A stretch of 64,000 nt of DNA from positions 124,001-188,000 of the IMG/VR virus record IMGVR_UViG_3300026097_000876. One strand, written 5' to 3'. The position numbers were made by a program, and so were the translations under genes. Below are positions 39,101 to 47,727 of this stretch, piece after piece (within the stretch, counting starts at the first letter, position 1; every line of letters begins with the position of its first letter). A model generated the notes under the pieces. The model was not told the DNA's origin. It did not search any database and worked only from the letters and a program-made list of their open reading frames with translations.

Positions 39101-39881
39101 TGTCGCCGTTACCTGCTAGTTCTAAAGCTCGTGCAATTGTTCTTACTGGATCTTGAGGATGGTCTCCTGACTGACCATCGTCGCCGTTGGTTGCGACATA
39201 ATATAAATTACCCGGAGTACTAATTAGATCAATACTACCAAAATCAAGATCGTTAGTTGTTAATGTGTTTGTTGTAACGTTGGCAAAATTACCAGTTGCC
39301 CAGCGTTTGCTTTCAGTTCCGATGTTATACGTATTATCTATATCGGGCATAATATCACTAGCAATGTCTGCATTAATAAAGATATTATCAGTATCATCGT
39401 CACCGATTGTAATATTTCCATCGGCGCTAATATTGCCGGTTGCATGTAAGTTTCCATTAACTGTTGTGTTACCAACAATATTAACTTCACCAGTACCATT
39501 GGCTCTAATAAACAAATCGCTATTTGTATTAGTATTTTCTAAGAAGTTGTTATTAATTTCTAAATCGCCAATTAATACTCTATTACCAACAATAGTATTA
39601 TCAGCTGTTGCTATTGAAAATTCTTGAGCGGTTGTTTCGATTGAATTACTATCTCCGTCAATTGTAACATTTCCAATTGTAAAGACGTTGTTTGTAATTT
39701 CTAAGTCTGTTACACGGGCGATTCCGTTAACATCAAGTGCATACTGAGGATTGGTTGTTTTTACTCCGATCCGACGGTTATTAACATCTAGATATAAAAG
39801 GTCTGTCTCAAAGGCTAAATCCGTCCCGTTTCTCAGGAGGTTTTCCTTTAAGAGAGGACCCGATATGCGACCAATTGCCAT
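36165..39881 (-). CDS. Large fibre-like protein (1238 aa) with beta-helix and LamG/ConA-like domain
   Basis: MAIGRISGPLLK.NL.R, RIGVKTTNPQYALDVNG, YYVATNGDD, LFDG.GD....FGFGTGDFSVEGWIY (LamG), two GSTAERP...G.IRYN motifs. Confidence 0.8.
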   Translation of the reverse strand: MAIGRISGPLLKENLLRNGTDLAFETDLLYLDVNNRRIGVKTTNPQYALDVNGIARVTDLEITNNVFTIGNVTIDGDSNSIETTAQEFSIATADNTIVGNRVLIGDLEINNNFLENTNTNSDLFIRANGTGEVNIVGNTTVNGNLHATGNISADGNITIGDDDTDNIFINADIASDIMPDIDNTYNIGTESKRWATGNFANVTTNTLTTNDLDFGSIDLISTPGNLYYVATNGDDGQSGDHPQDPVRTIARALELAGNGDTVYVYPGEYQEAFPLTVPLGVTVKGHGIRSVSVSPTSGTQSNDAFLLNGDTAVENITVKDFYYNSGADTGYAFRFVNNVRIYQRSPYIRDVSVITKGTTLTTQDPRGFDAGDAGRGALVDGAIADESSREASMLFHSVTFITPNASGLRVTNGGRVEWLNCFTYFADKGIDIVDGSTGLKSDGKTKIKYSGLSGSAPVAGETITLSDADGTQLAQSTIESVDTDTVIIDGKATGFIKPLSRARKTITAVGNAQTVTSSPVKYGTGIALFDGIGDKFTTTTSTDFGFGTGDFSVEGWIYISDDLGTETMFDFRAGSDTDNALRLYTVDTAPKVAIGNTIILAPAITLVNTTFYHIMVSRVGTDIRLFVDGSLEATATDSTDLGTTKPLSIGGTYTTTDPWAGRIDDFRVRKGIGVSTAFTAPSAATAVDQYTVLKLSFDGDDGSQIIIDDDTFIQDIEFSGGGTATALTLIDQSDFGGEIRSIASASVYGNYGIYGDGPGCVVYAIGMNLAYIGTGKDVTNDDTLVDQEDEVVALNDANIYFSTVDHKGDFRVGDLFRINQQTGEVTFTNAEFLFNNNQGITFTDGVNTTIIDGTKVEAGNIRISGNTISSTSGDININSSAGTINLLDDVNITGNLDVAGNVTVGGNITLGDEDTDTIQINAQIDSDIIPAADNTYDLGTTTLAWSELNVGRAVIDDIIIDNDTITTDASNGNINFTANGTGSIIIDDLDFSNNIIANNSGDIVLDPSSETVVVDSTGAVILPKGSTAERPGSPDTGMIRYNTDANVFEAYDGQWIQLGGVFDEDRDTYITPELTPGADDDTLRFYAGGSLVADVTAQRFDIQRLEVDDIAISGNVLETITTNEDLILRANGNGYVSVENFSFNGNQITNIVDGAVTTLKQSGTGYFKVEGNGGFVIPVGTNANRHPTPETGMMRYNSVEDRVEIYDISNNWVSVAGATGAVTFNDAEDIAIKLALTI

Positions 39882-39895
39882 CTTCTCTCCTCAAT

Positions 39896-39989
39896 ACGGG
39901 GATCCCGTCCCTCTAGCCTAAGTTTTCAGCTTTCGCTCTTTGCTGGCTAACCACAGTTTGGACCTGCGAACTTTATTGGTCTTGTCCGC
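39896..39989 (-). promoter_or_regulatory. Candidate structured 5' leader RNA
   Basis: GC-rich ~95 nt between the late promoter and the RBS. Stems: GCGGAC/GUUCGC, UAGCC/GGCUA enclosing AGC-GAAA-GCU, and ACGGG-AUC-CCCGU. Confidence 0.5.
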
Positions 39990-39997
39990 ATTAATAT

Positions 39998-40004
39998 TAT
40001 TTAT
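39998..40004 (-). promoter_or_regulatory. Late promoter (ATAAATA)
   Basis: Motif just after the stop of 40018-44073. Confidence 0.6.
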
Positions 40005-40017
40005 CCGTATTAAGAAA

Positions 40018-43000
40018 TTAGTCGAGGATAAGGTTGAATATGTAAGCTAATTCTTCAACATCAGATGCTTCAATACTTTCAACTTCGCCCGCCGCGTTAA
40101 TCCAACTAGTTCCGTTCCAAGCTTCAACATACTCTAGTTGAGTATTGTAACGAGTGTGTCCAATTTCTGGTGTTGATGGACGCTCTGCTGTATTACCTTG
40201 CGGAATTACCATGCCGCTTGGATTATCGATCTTTAAATACGCTTGTCTGTTGCTGTTAGTAAGCGAGAATGAAAATACTTGTGATACTGAATTTAATAAA
40301 TCACTGTCTTGAAAATGAAGATCTTCAATTTTTGTATAACCAGTTCCGTTCGATCTTAAGATACTATTGCCGTCAGTGTCGTCTGCACTTACTACGTTTC
40401 CGTCGATACTAAATTGATGATTACTACTAAATCCTCCAGATTCTAAAAGGATTCCGTTTAGTGTATGATTATTTACTCCGCCAGTTACAAAATTAAATTG
40501 ATTATTGCTAAGGTCTAAATATGTATCTCTATCAGTATCGTAAATCCCAGATAAAGAAACAGATCCGCCAGTTTCTACTCCTTCAAATGTATCAAACTCT
40601 GTGTTATATCTTATACCTGCACTAACTGATGGTCTTTGTACAGCATTTCCTTTAGGCAAGGTTAGCATGCCTGTTGCTGAAAAATCTAAATTTTCAGTAG
40701 GAGCAAATACAACGTCTCTAGGTGTACCACCTAAGTTATTTGTTACTTGTGTCCAATAATCTATAGAAGGACTATTAATAATTGGAAAATTATAAGTTGC
40801 ATTTGTAATAATTGAATATCCTGCAGCATCTTGAGATTGAAGTAATCCAGTATTATATAAATCCCAAACAGACGTAATAGACCCAGCCCGCCATTCATTA
40901 GTACCAGCTTGACTTGAAATTAAGTAATAAAGATATTCATATACAAGATTTTCGTAGCTTAAACCGAGCGGGTCTGTGTACCAAGCAAACGGTGGATAAT
41001 TATACCCTGGTTGTCCACCTGCTTGGAATCCACCTCGAGCAGCATCCATTGCTTCAGTTATAGTAGATCGTCGAGTAGTACTTAATGGAGTATATAATGA
41101 ACACCATTTTGGAATTAATAAATCTTTAAGTATTTTTTCTTGTACTAGATTACGTTGACTACTTCCTCCGTCTTCTTGAAAATTATTCATTTCATTTTCT
41201 AACACACCAAATGATCTGTTTGGCTTAAATGATCCTAAAGTTGATGTAAGATTATTTTCGTCTGTACTGTCAGCGTACACTATAATTCCTGTTAGCCCAT
41301 CTGAAAACTCTGCATATAACGTAGCATTGTCAGCAACACCGTCGTAATTGTTATCCAAGTAGCTACCTAATAAATTTGCAGCATGTTTAACAGCATCTTC
41401 ACTTGCTAGTTCTGTTCCAAGTACAGGAATTCCAAGAACAGTAGTCCATTTAGGCAACACTGATCTCAACTCAGTATAAGAATTAAAAATACTAGGATAT
41501 CCAGGATCTGTAGAATTGTATACTATAAATTCACCTTCAGGATCAAATTTACCTATAATTTTATTTTCTTTTATTTGTAAATTTTCAAAATTAGTAGTAC
41601 CAGTGCCGTTGTTTAAAATATATAAATCTGCATTGGTTTCGTTAGTTCCAATAGATTCTGAACTAATAGTTACTGTGTCTATAGCAGAAGTTATAGAATA
41701 TAAATTAGCCCATGTTTTTGTTTTTGATCCTAGTGTCAGTCCGTCTGAATCACCAGGCATAAAATCTTGACTAATAAATGTATTAAGATCAACAATGTCT
41801 GTAGGAGAATCACCAATTGCATTAATTGCACCGCCAACTGTGATATTTCCAGTTAATGATAAATTAGGAGCTACTACATCGCTTTGAAAGTTGATTGATC
41901 CTGCAGCATCAAAATCTATATTAGATGTAGTTGTTTCGATATTGTTTCCAGCAATTACAATATTACTTAATGTTATCTGTCCTGGCTCTAATGTAACAAC
42001 ATCATTACCTTGTCTAATTTGTACCCGTGTGTTGTCGGCAAAAATGCTTTCAACATCAAAACTTGTTCTTTCATTTTCGAGATCTACTAAAAAGTTATCC
42101 CCAACTCTAAAATTACCTCGTTGATCTTGAGAAGTATAATATACTGTTGCATTGTTTGTTTCAACTACTTCGTTGTCTTGATTTGTTAATGTATTATCGT
42201 TAGTAACATCTTTTCCTGCACCGATATATGCAAAATTATGGTTGATTAAATAAGCAATACAGTTTGCTCCGTCGGCTTCAATACCTTTATTGCCATAAAC
42301 TGCTGCACTTGCTATACATCTTAATTCACAACCGTATTCAGTAGTACTGTCTGGTAGTAGTCGGCCGGTACCTTGTTGTAAATTTATTCCTCTATCTGCA
42401 AAATAACTAAAACTGTTAAGCCATTCTACTCTAACTCCACTACGTGCTGTAAGTGCATCAACACCAGGAGTAATAAATGTTACACTATGAAATAGCATAC
42501 TAGCAGACCTACTGTTTTGTGCAACTACGCTACCGTCAACTAAGGCACCTTTTCCTGCATCGCCGCTTGCAAAACCTCTAGGATCACTCGCACTAATTGT
42601 TGAACCTTTTGTAATTACGCTGACATTTCTAATATACGGAGATCTGCCTGGTTCTTGTTCAAATATAGTTGTTGAAAAATCTTCTGCAAATCTAAATGCA
42701 TATCCTGTATCATTGCTGCTATTATAATAAAACTCTTTAACAGTTAAATTTTCTATAGTAACATCGCTGTTTACTAAAAAACAATCATTACTTTGTGTTG
42801 CTGAAGTAGGTAAAATTTCAACTCCTCTAATACTATCTCCTTGGATAGTAACACCTTTCGGAACTGTTAGAGGAAAGTCTTCTTGATATGTGCCTGGATA
42901 GATATAAATTAAATCGCCGGACGTTGCAACACTAAGTGCTTTCTCAATAGTTGCATAAGGACCTCCTGGATTATTACCTTCGTTTGTGTCTGATCCATTG

Positions 43001-44073
43001 CCGTTTGATACAAAAATTATTCCAACGTCCTTAGTAAGCTCAATTCCTCTAAAGACAATCCCGCTAGCAGCAACTGAATCTGCTTTTAATTCATCAACAG
43101 CAATCCTAAAACCTTTAGCTGGTCCAGTACTGTCGTTATCTTTACCAATATGAAAAACATTATCTTGATCTGGTGTTAGATCGTTGTTAAATTCTGCGAA
43201 GAAACTTGCGGTGTCAGTACTGTCGTCACCGACGGTAATTGTTTCTCCTCCGTAAGTAATATTTCCTGTAGCATGTAAATTGCCATTAACGGTTAATGTA
43301 TCGCCTGTTTGCAATTGTAATCTACGAGGTGCACTTCTTGGATAATATTTTTCAATGTACGCTTTAAATGCTTCTGGATTAGAATGTTCGCTAATAAGAT
43401 TAGATGCAGGAAATGCTGTTCCACCAATAAATTGTGTATTCAGCTGTAATAGCTGTAATGCGTCATCTGCTTGTATATCGCCGTCACCGTCCCAGTCAAG
43501 TGCAGCTAATTCTTCAGCATTCCAAAGTCCTGATTGCGATAAAGACAGTGTATAGTCATACAGTCTATCCATATCATTTGGCGGTGAATCAGCACTAATT
43601 TTAGGACCTGGATCCCAATAATTACCGTAGTTGCCATTTGAATTCCATGCTTCCGTTTGCCCGTCAAATACTTCAGATTTAATTCCAACGTCGCCGTTTG
43701 TGACAATAGCTTTTAGTCCGTCGTCCCTGATAGCAAAATTATAGCTACCAATACCGTTTGTAACAATGTAGCCTTCCGGATGTGTTGATTGTAAAGTTAC
43801 ATCGCCAGTTCCTGTACTAATACCAGTTGTAGCAAGTGTAAAGTCGCCTACTTTTAAACTATTATTAAAAATTACATCAGGTTCTGATGTACCTGATGAA
43901 GCACGAAGTGTGCCATCTACAGTTAAGTTTCTTGGTGTAGTGGTGGTATTGACTCCAAGGGTATTATCTCGTTTAACAACAAGTAGATCATTGTCAAACT
44001 TAAGATCAGCTAACTCTCTTAATAAATTATCTTGTAATAACTGACCGCCGATTCTGGCGACTTGTGTTGGCAT
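40018..44073 (-). CDS. Large fibre-like protein (1351 aa), paralog of 36165-39881 with different inserted domains
   Basis: ARIGGQLLQDNLLR, FVSNGNGSD, PYIRNVSVITKGS...DPRGFASGDAG, SQDQRGNFRVG; DWDGDGDIQADDALQLLQ insert. Confidence 0.8.
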   Translation of the reverse strand: MPTQVARIGGQLLQDNLLRELADLKFDNDLLVVKRDNTLGVNTTTTPRNLTVDGTLRASSGTSEPDVIFNNSLKVGDFTLATTGISTGTGDVTLQSTHPEGYIVTNGIGSYNFAIRDDGLKAIVTNGDVGIKSEVFDGQTEAWNSNGNYGNYWDPGPKISADSPPNDMDRLYDYTLSLSQSGLWNAEELAALDWDGDGDIQADDALQLLQLNTQFIGGTAFPASNLISEHSNPEAFKAYIEKYYPRSAPRRLQLQTGDTLTVNGNLHATGNITYGGETITVGDDSTDTASFFAEFNNDLTPDQDNVFHIGKDNDSTGPAKGFRIAVDELKADSVAASGIVFRGIELTKDVGIIFVSNGNGSDTNEGNNPGGPYATIEKALSVATSGDLIYIYPGTYQEDFPLTVPKGVTIQGDSIRGVEILPTSATQSNDCFLVNSDVTIENLTVKEFYYNSSNDTGYAFRFAEDFSTTIFEQEPGRSPYIRNVSVITKGSTISASDPRGFASGDAGKGALVDGSVVAQNSRSASMLFHSVTFITPGVDALTARSGVRVEWLNSFSYFADRGINLQQGTGRLLPDSTTEYGCELRCIASAAVYGNKGIEADGANCIAYLINHNFAYIGAGKDVTNDNTLTNQDNEVVETNNATVYYTSQDQRGNFRVGDNFLVDLENERTSFDVESIFADNTRVQIRQGNDVVTLEPGQITLSNIVIAGNNIETTTSNIDFDAAGSINFQSDVVAPNLSLTGNITVGGAINAIGDSPTDIVDLNTFISQDFMPGDSDGLTLGSKTKTWANLYSITSAIDTVTISSESIGTNETNADLYILNNGTGTTNFENLQIKENKIIGKFDPEGEFIVYNSTDPGYPSIFNSYTELRSVLPKWTTVLGIPVLGTELASEDAVKHAANLLGSYLDNNYDGVADNATLYAEFSDGLTGIIVYADSTDENNLTSTLGSFKPNRSFGVLENEMNNFQEDGGSSQRNLVQEKILKDLLIPKWCSLYTPLSTTRRSTITEAMDAARGGFQAGGQPGYNYPPFAWYTDPLGLSYENLVYEYLYYLISSQAGTNEWRAGSITSVWDLYNTGLLQSQDAAGYSIITNATYNFPIINSPSIDYWTQVTNNLGGTPRDVVFAPTENLDFSATGMLTLPKGNAVQRPSVSAGIRYNTEFDTFEGVETGGSVSLSGIYDTDRDTYLDLSNNQFNFVTGGVNNHTLNGILLESGGFSSNHQFSIDGNVVSADDTDGNSILRSNGTGYTKIEDLHFQDSDLLNSVSQVFSFSLTNSNRQAYLKIDNPSGMVIPQGNTAERPSTPEIGHTRYNTQLEYVEAWNGTSWINAAGEVESIEASDVEELAYIFNLILD

Positions 44074-44100
44074 AGAGTTCCCCTCAAACTTACTACAGTA

Positions 44101-44107
44101 TTTATTT
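44101..44107 (-). promoter_or_regulatory. Late promoter (ATAAATA)
   Basis: Overlaps the stop of 44106-44633, 28 nt upstream of the 44073 start. Confidence 0.55.
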
Positions 44108-44633
44108 ACTTGTCGAAGTTATGCAGAACTTGAACAGGTTTTCCGGTTGGTACAGGAGTACCAAAAACAAGATAATAACCGTCAGCATAAGGGGAGTTTG
44201 GTCCGCCTAAATTTCCACTAGTACTTTGCTGAATTGTGTAGTTTGTAGTTGCTAACTGAAAAACGTTTTCAATAGTAACTAATATATTGTTTTCTGATAT
44301 CGGTACTGGATAAAAAGAATCTCCTGAATCTAAAGGTCCAAAAGTAGTTTCTACACCGTCGCCATTGCCTAAATTTTGCTGAACAATAGTTGTTGGTTCT
44401 CTAAATCTAACAGGTTTCCATTCGCTATCTTGATAAACTTCAAAGTTAGTTACGTCAGTATTGTAACGTAACATACCTTCTTGAGGAGTAAACGGTCTAT
44501 TTGCTTGAGATCCTTTAGGTATAATCATAGCTGAACTAGTATTCATGTCAATTAATCCAAGACTATCTACATTTACACCTTTAGTATCTGCATTTATACC
44601 TCTGGATGTTGTTTGTGCCTTTAAAAATCTCAT
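44106..44633 (-). CDS. Virion structural protein (175 aa)
   Basis: IPKGSQANRP....GMLRYNT....FEVY motif; GNGDG..TTF..L; ILVTIENVFQ. Confidence 0.65.
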   Translation of the reverse strand: MRFLKAQTTSRGINADTKGVNVDSLGLIDMNTSSAMIIPKGSQANRPFTPQEGMLRYNTDVTNFEVYQDSEWKPVRFREPTTIVQQNLGNGDGVETTFGPLDSGDSFYPVPISENNILVTIENVFQLATTNYTIQQSTSGNLGGPNSPYADGYYLVFGTPVPTGKPVQVLHNFDK

Positions 44634-44977
44634 TATACTTCCAAATAACTAATTGTGCAAACTAAATTTACTGGTGATTGGCTAGAAGCAACAATTGCAT
44701 CTCCTGCTTCTAATACAATTTTTTCTGTATCAAATGTAAATGTGTCTGCTCCTGCAACTTTTAAATTATTTACAACTTGGTTAGCGTTGGGATCATCAGT
44801 ACCTTTTGTTTGACCGCTCGGAACAAAGTGTAAATCAAATGTAGTATCATTTGATCCGCCAGTATCTTCTGATGCTGTATTACACACTAGTAATGTTGTA
44901 ATAGCATATCTTTTTCCAGCAGGAACAGTTAAAAGTGTAGTATCTGCTAGATTAATTTTTCCGTTTGTGATTGCCAT
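44633..44977 (-). CDS. Small virion protein, YTVP family (114 aa)
   Basis: LLTVPAGKRYAITTLLVCN...EKIVLEAGD. Confidence 0.65.
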   Translation of the reverse strand: MAITNGKINLADTTLLTVPAGKRYAITTLLVCNTASEDTGGSNDTTFDLHFVPSGQTKGTDDPNANQVVNNLKVAGADTFTFDTEKIVLEAGDAIVASSQSPVNLVCTISYLEV

Positions 44978-44986
44978 ATTGTTTCC

Positions 44987-45940
44987 TTAAAATAACATAC
45001 TAAAAAGCAATGATCTGTTAGTACTTATCAATTCGTCTTCGTAGTCATACTTGTTTTTGTACCAAACGCCAGTATTTCCTATATCAGGATCTTTTGCATA
45101 GATAGCAATATCTGTAGCACTTGACGCAAGCACGGTACTGTCATCAATAACTGGCATTCTTAATGCACTATCAATTTTAACAAAAGAAGATCCTTGACTG
45201 CTAAGTTCTAAGTCGCTGCCGCTAGTTGTTGTCGAAATTGTGTTATCTTGAAAAATAATACTTTCAATTTCTGTGCTGTTATTTCTAAACAATGCAACTT
45301 CGTTGCTATCAATTACAACTCTAAATGCACTTACTCCCCCGTCTAAACTTCCGTCAAATAAGTTAAGTGCAGAATCACCTCTTTCAATTGATTGAATTGT
45401 AATAGTTTGAATACCTGTTGTAATAGCATCGTCTACATATCGCTTGTTAGGAATATCATCGTCATCAGTGACTTGTTGTTCGTAATCGTTTGTTCCGCTA
45501 ACACTGATAACACCAGTACTACTGTTAATTAAATATAAGTCTCCGCCACCGGTTGTAATTGAGTTTGTTTTAATTCCCAGTGTTGCATTTGCACCGTCCC
45601 TAAAGACAAAAGTGCCTGGTTTATTAGTTTGTGTTATCGGATCGTTATGTGTTATAGTTTCGTCAAAAACAATAAATGCGTCTTGTTCGGTCCCCCGATC
45701 AACTTGTAGTCCAGCAGTGTTTAATGTAACTCCTGCGCCTGTTTCTCCAAAGTTAACTGTGATAATATTATCTTCAATATTAAGAGTTTCGGAGTTAACA
45801 GTAGTTGTAGTACCTTGAACTTCGATATTTCCAGTAAACACAACTTTACCTACTTGGGCACCAGTATCAAGAGTGACTGTGTTACCCGAAGGTACTTTTA
45901 CAGTATAATTTCCACTGTTTACATTTAAAATCTTTGACAT
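44987..45940 (-). CDS. Virion structural protein (317 aa)
   Basis: GNIEVQGTTTTVNSETLNIEDNII..N..E.G.G..AG..VDRG fibre-type motif; IPNKRYVDD. Confidence 0.65.
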   Translation of the reverse strand: MSKILNVNSGNYTVKVPSGNTVTLDTGAQVGKVVFTGNIEVQGTTTTVNSETLNIEDNIITVNFGETGAGVTLNTAGLQVDRGTEQDAFIVFDETITHNDPITQTNKPGTFVFRDGANATLGIKTNSITTGGGDLYLINSSTGVISVSGTNDYEQQVTDDDDIPNKRYVDDAITTGIQTITIQSIERGDSALNLFDGSLDGGVSAFRVVIDSNEVALFRNNSTEIESIIFQDNTISTTTSGSDLELSSQGSSFVKIDSALRMPVIDDSTVLASSATDIAIYAKDPDIGNTGVWYKNKYDYEDELISTNRSLLFSMLF

Positions 45941-45950
45941 AATGTTTCCT

Positions 45951-45973
45951 AAAAACGGGGGATTTCTCCCCCT
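45951..45973 (-). terminator. Rho-independent terminator
   Basis: GGGGGA-GAAA-UCCCCC followed by GUUUUU on the minus strand. Confidence 0.65.
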
Positions 45974-45977
45974 TATA

Positions 45978-46385
45978 TTAGATTGCTGTTAATACAATGT
46001 AATCGTTTGTACTATCGTTTTCTAATACCCAAGTATATCTGTTGCCTGAAAAGTCAGTTGCAACACGCTTTGTGATTTTTGCAATGTTAATTTCAGTGCC
46101 AGATGGTGTAGTTCCTGCTGGATAACCAAACAGTCTCATTTCTCCAGCGGCATTAGGTGTTGAATTCTGAAGTACACATGTAGTTGTACTTGTTGAATCT
46201 TTTAGGTTAGTTGTGTCTAAGTTAGCTTCCTGTGCTACAACAAAAGTTTTTGCTCCGCGTTGCTTTACAATGCCGCCATCTGTTCTTAATTGTGTGTCGT
46301 AAAATTCTACTCTTACACCAGTGTTGCTTGTTGCTTCACCAATTACGTTAACACCATTTATATCTTTTGCTAATGGTCTACCCAT
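45978..46385 (-). CDS. Hypothetical protein (135 aa) downstream of the capsid gene
   Basis: Intact ORF with a strong AAGGAG RBS, its own late promoter and a terminator. Confidence 0.7.
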   Translation of the reverse strand: MGRPLAKDINGVNVIGEATSNTGVRVEFYDTQLRTDGGIVKQRGAKTFVVAQEANLDTTNLKDSTSTTTCVLQNSTPNAAGEMRLFGYPAGTTPSGTEINIAKITKRVATDFSGNRYTWVLENDSTNDYIVLTAI

Positions 46386-46408
46386 GATTATTTCTCCTTT
46401 GTTTAATC

Positions 46409-46480
46409 ATTGCCGTTCTAGGGTCTACGCGGTGGATTTCCGCATAAGTCCTACTCTAAGGTAGGCTCCTATATGACAAT
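46409..46480 (-). promoter_or_regulatory. Candidate structured 5' leader RNA
   Basis: AUUGUC/GGCAAU closing stem, with CCUAC/GUAGG and UAUGCGG/CCGCGUA hairpins. Confidence 0.45.
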
Positions 46481-46482
46481 AG

Positions 46483-46489
46483 TATTTAT
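46483..46489 (-). promoter_or_regulatory. Late promoter (ATAAATA)
   Basis: Directly after the capsid terminator. Confidence 0.6.
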
Positions 46490-46503
46490 CATTATTACCA
46501 ATC

Positions 46504-46532
46504 AAAAAAATAGGCCCCGAAGGGCCTATTTT
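46504..46532 (-). terminator. Rho-independent terminator of the major capsid gene
   Basis: AUAGGCCC-UUCG-GGGCCUAU followed by UUUUUU. Confidence 0.9.
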
Positions 46533-46553
46533 ACATTTAACATCAAACAGTTA

Positions 46554-47717
46554 TTAGCTGAATGATACGTTTCCGTTAGTAATACCAACAAGACCTAAGT
46601 AGTCTGCTGCATTACCTAGTGAAGATGCTACGTTAGATAGCTCAACATAACCATAACGTGTCATAAATGATACGACTGGCTCAAATGTTGATGGATCTAG
46701 TACAACACCACTGCTCATCAATGGAATATAAGGAGCATAGAACGCAGGTGCGTCTGATTCGCTTGAACCCTTATAACCAACTAGAACGCCTGTGCTGTCA
46801 GCTGCATATGCATCAACGTATACTTTCATTGCATTGTTCAAAGTACCAACCATCTTAGTGTTAGTTGGAGCTTCAAAAGTGCCTTCAGTTGTACGTGCAA
46901 ATGCTGAAGTTGTCGCAGACTGTAGGATTGTTAACGCAAATGGTGAAACCACCGCGTAGTTACCTGCACCACGACGTGTTCTAGCTGCAATGTTGTTTGC
47001 AACTTTGTTGATTTGAACAGCTAACGCCGCATGCTCGTCACCAACAAATGTAGCTGTACCAGAAACTGCTGCTTGATCATATGTTTCTTGATTTCCACCA
47101 GCTAGGCTGCGTAGAGATGATAGAATCTCTTGATCAATTTCAGCGGTAATTTCTTGTGCTAATGCTGCCATGATCTCAGCTTCGATGTCAATGCCCTGTT
47201 GAGCTTGTGCATCTTGAGCCGCTTCAAAAGTCCAGCGAGCTGATAGCTTTCTGGTTTTTGCTTCGACTGTTTGCTTTAAGATCTGGATGCTTAGACGCTT
47301 ACCAGCTGTACCTTCAAGTGATGCTGTTGCATCAGCTTTGTCAGTAGAGCCACCGCCTGAATAACCAGCACCAATTTTAAATGGCGATAGTGCTTCTTCA
47401 CCTGCAGTTACATCATCAAATGAATCTGCATAGCGTACTCTTAATGTGTGGATTTGACCCACTGGACCTGTCATTGGCTGAACACCAACCAACTCGTTTG
47501 CAATAACGGTCGGCATAACACGTCTAATTACCGGAAGGATAACACGATTTAATGTAGCAACATTACCTGCACTAGATGCACCTGCTGTTGCAGTCTCTGC
47601 TAAATACTTCTTTGTATTTTCTAGAGTAACACCCATTACTGATTTCTTATTGCCTTCAAGGCCTTCAAGAAGTGCAGTTTTTGTATCCTGCCAGCGACTC
47701 TCTAATAGTTCTGACAT
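46554..47717 (-). CDS. gp23: Major capsid protein (gp23-like)
   Basis: LPVIRRVMP..IANELVGVQPMTGPVGQIHTLR, VEAKTRKLSARWTFEAAQD, AEITAEID, FYAPYIPL, DPSTFEPVVSFMTRYG. Confidence 0.95.
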   Translation of the reverse strand: MSELLESRWQDTKTALLEGLEGNKKSVMGVTLENTKKYLAETATAGASSAGNVATLNRVILPVIRRVMPTVIANELVGVQPMTGPVGQIHTLRVRYADSFDDVTAGEEALSPFKIGAGYSGGGSTDKADATASLEGTAGKRLSIQILKQTVEAKTRKLSARWTFEAAQDAQAQQGIDIEAEIMAALAQEITAEIDQEILSSLRSLAGGNQETYDQAAVSGTATFVGDEHAALAVQINKVANNIAARTRRGAGNYAVVSPFALTILQSATTSAFARTTEGTFEAPTNTKMVGTLNNAMKVYVDAYAADSTGVLVGYKGSSESDAPAFYAPYIPLMSSGVVLDPSTFEPVVSFMTRYGYVELSNVASSLGNAADYLGLVGITNGNVSFS

Positions 47718-47727
47718 TGTTTTCTCC

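Noticed and set aside
39896-39989. HDV-like/theta or pistol ribozyme in the fibre-gene leader
   Set aside because: GGCUAG and UGG-UUAG-CCA fragments are suggestive, but the required P2/P1.1 pairings and loop sizes could not be built on either strand.
46425-46445. Mini-ORF MRKSTA in the capsid-downstream leader
   Set aside because: AGGA lies only 3 nt from the ATG and the ORF is buried in a hairpin; no support for translation.
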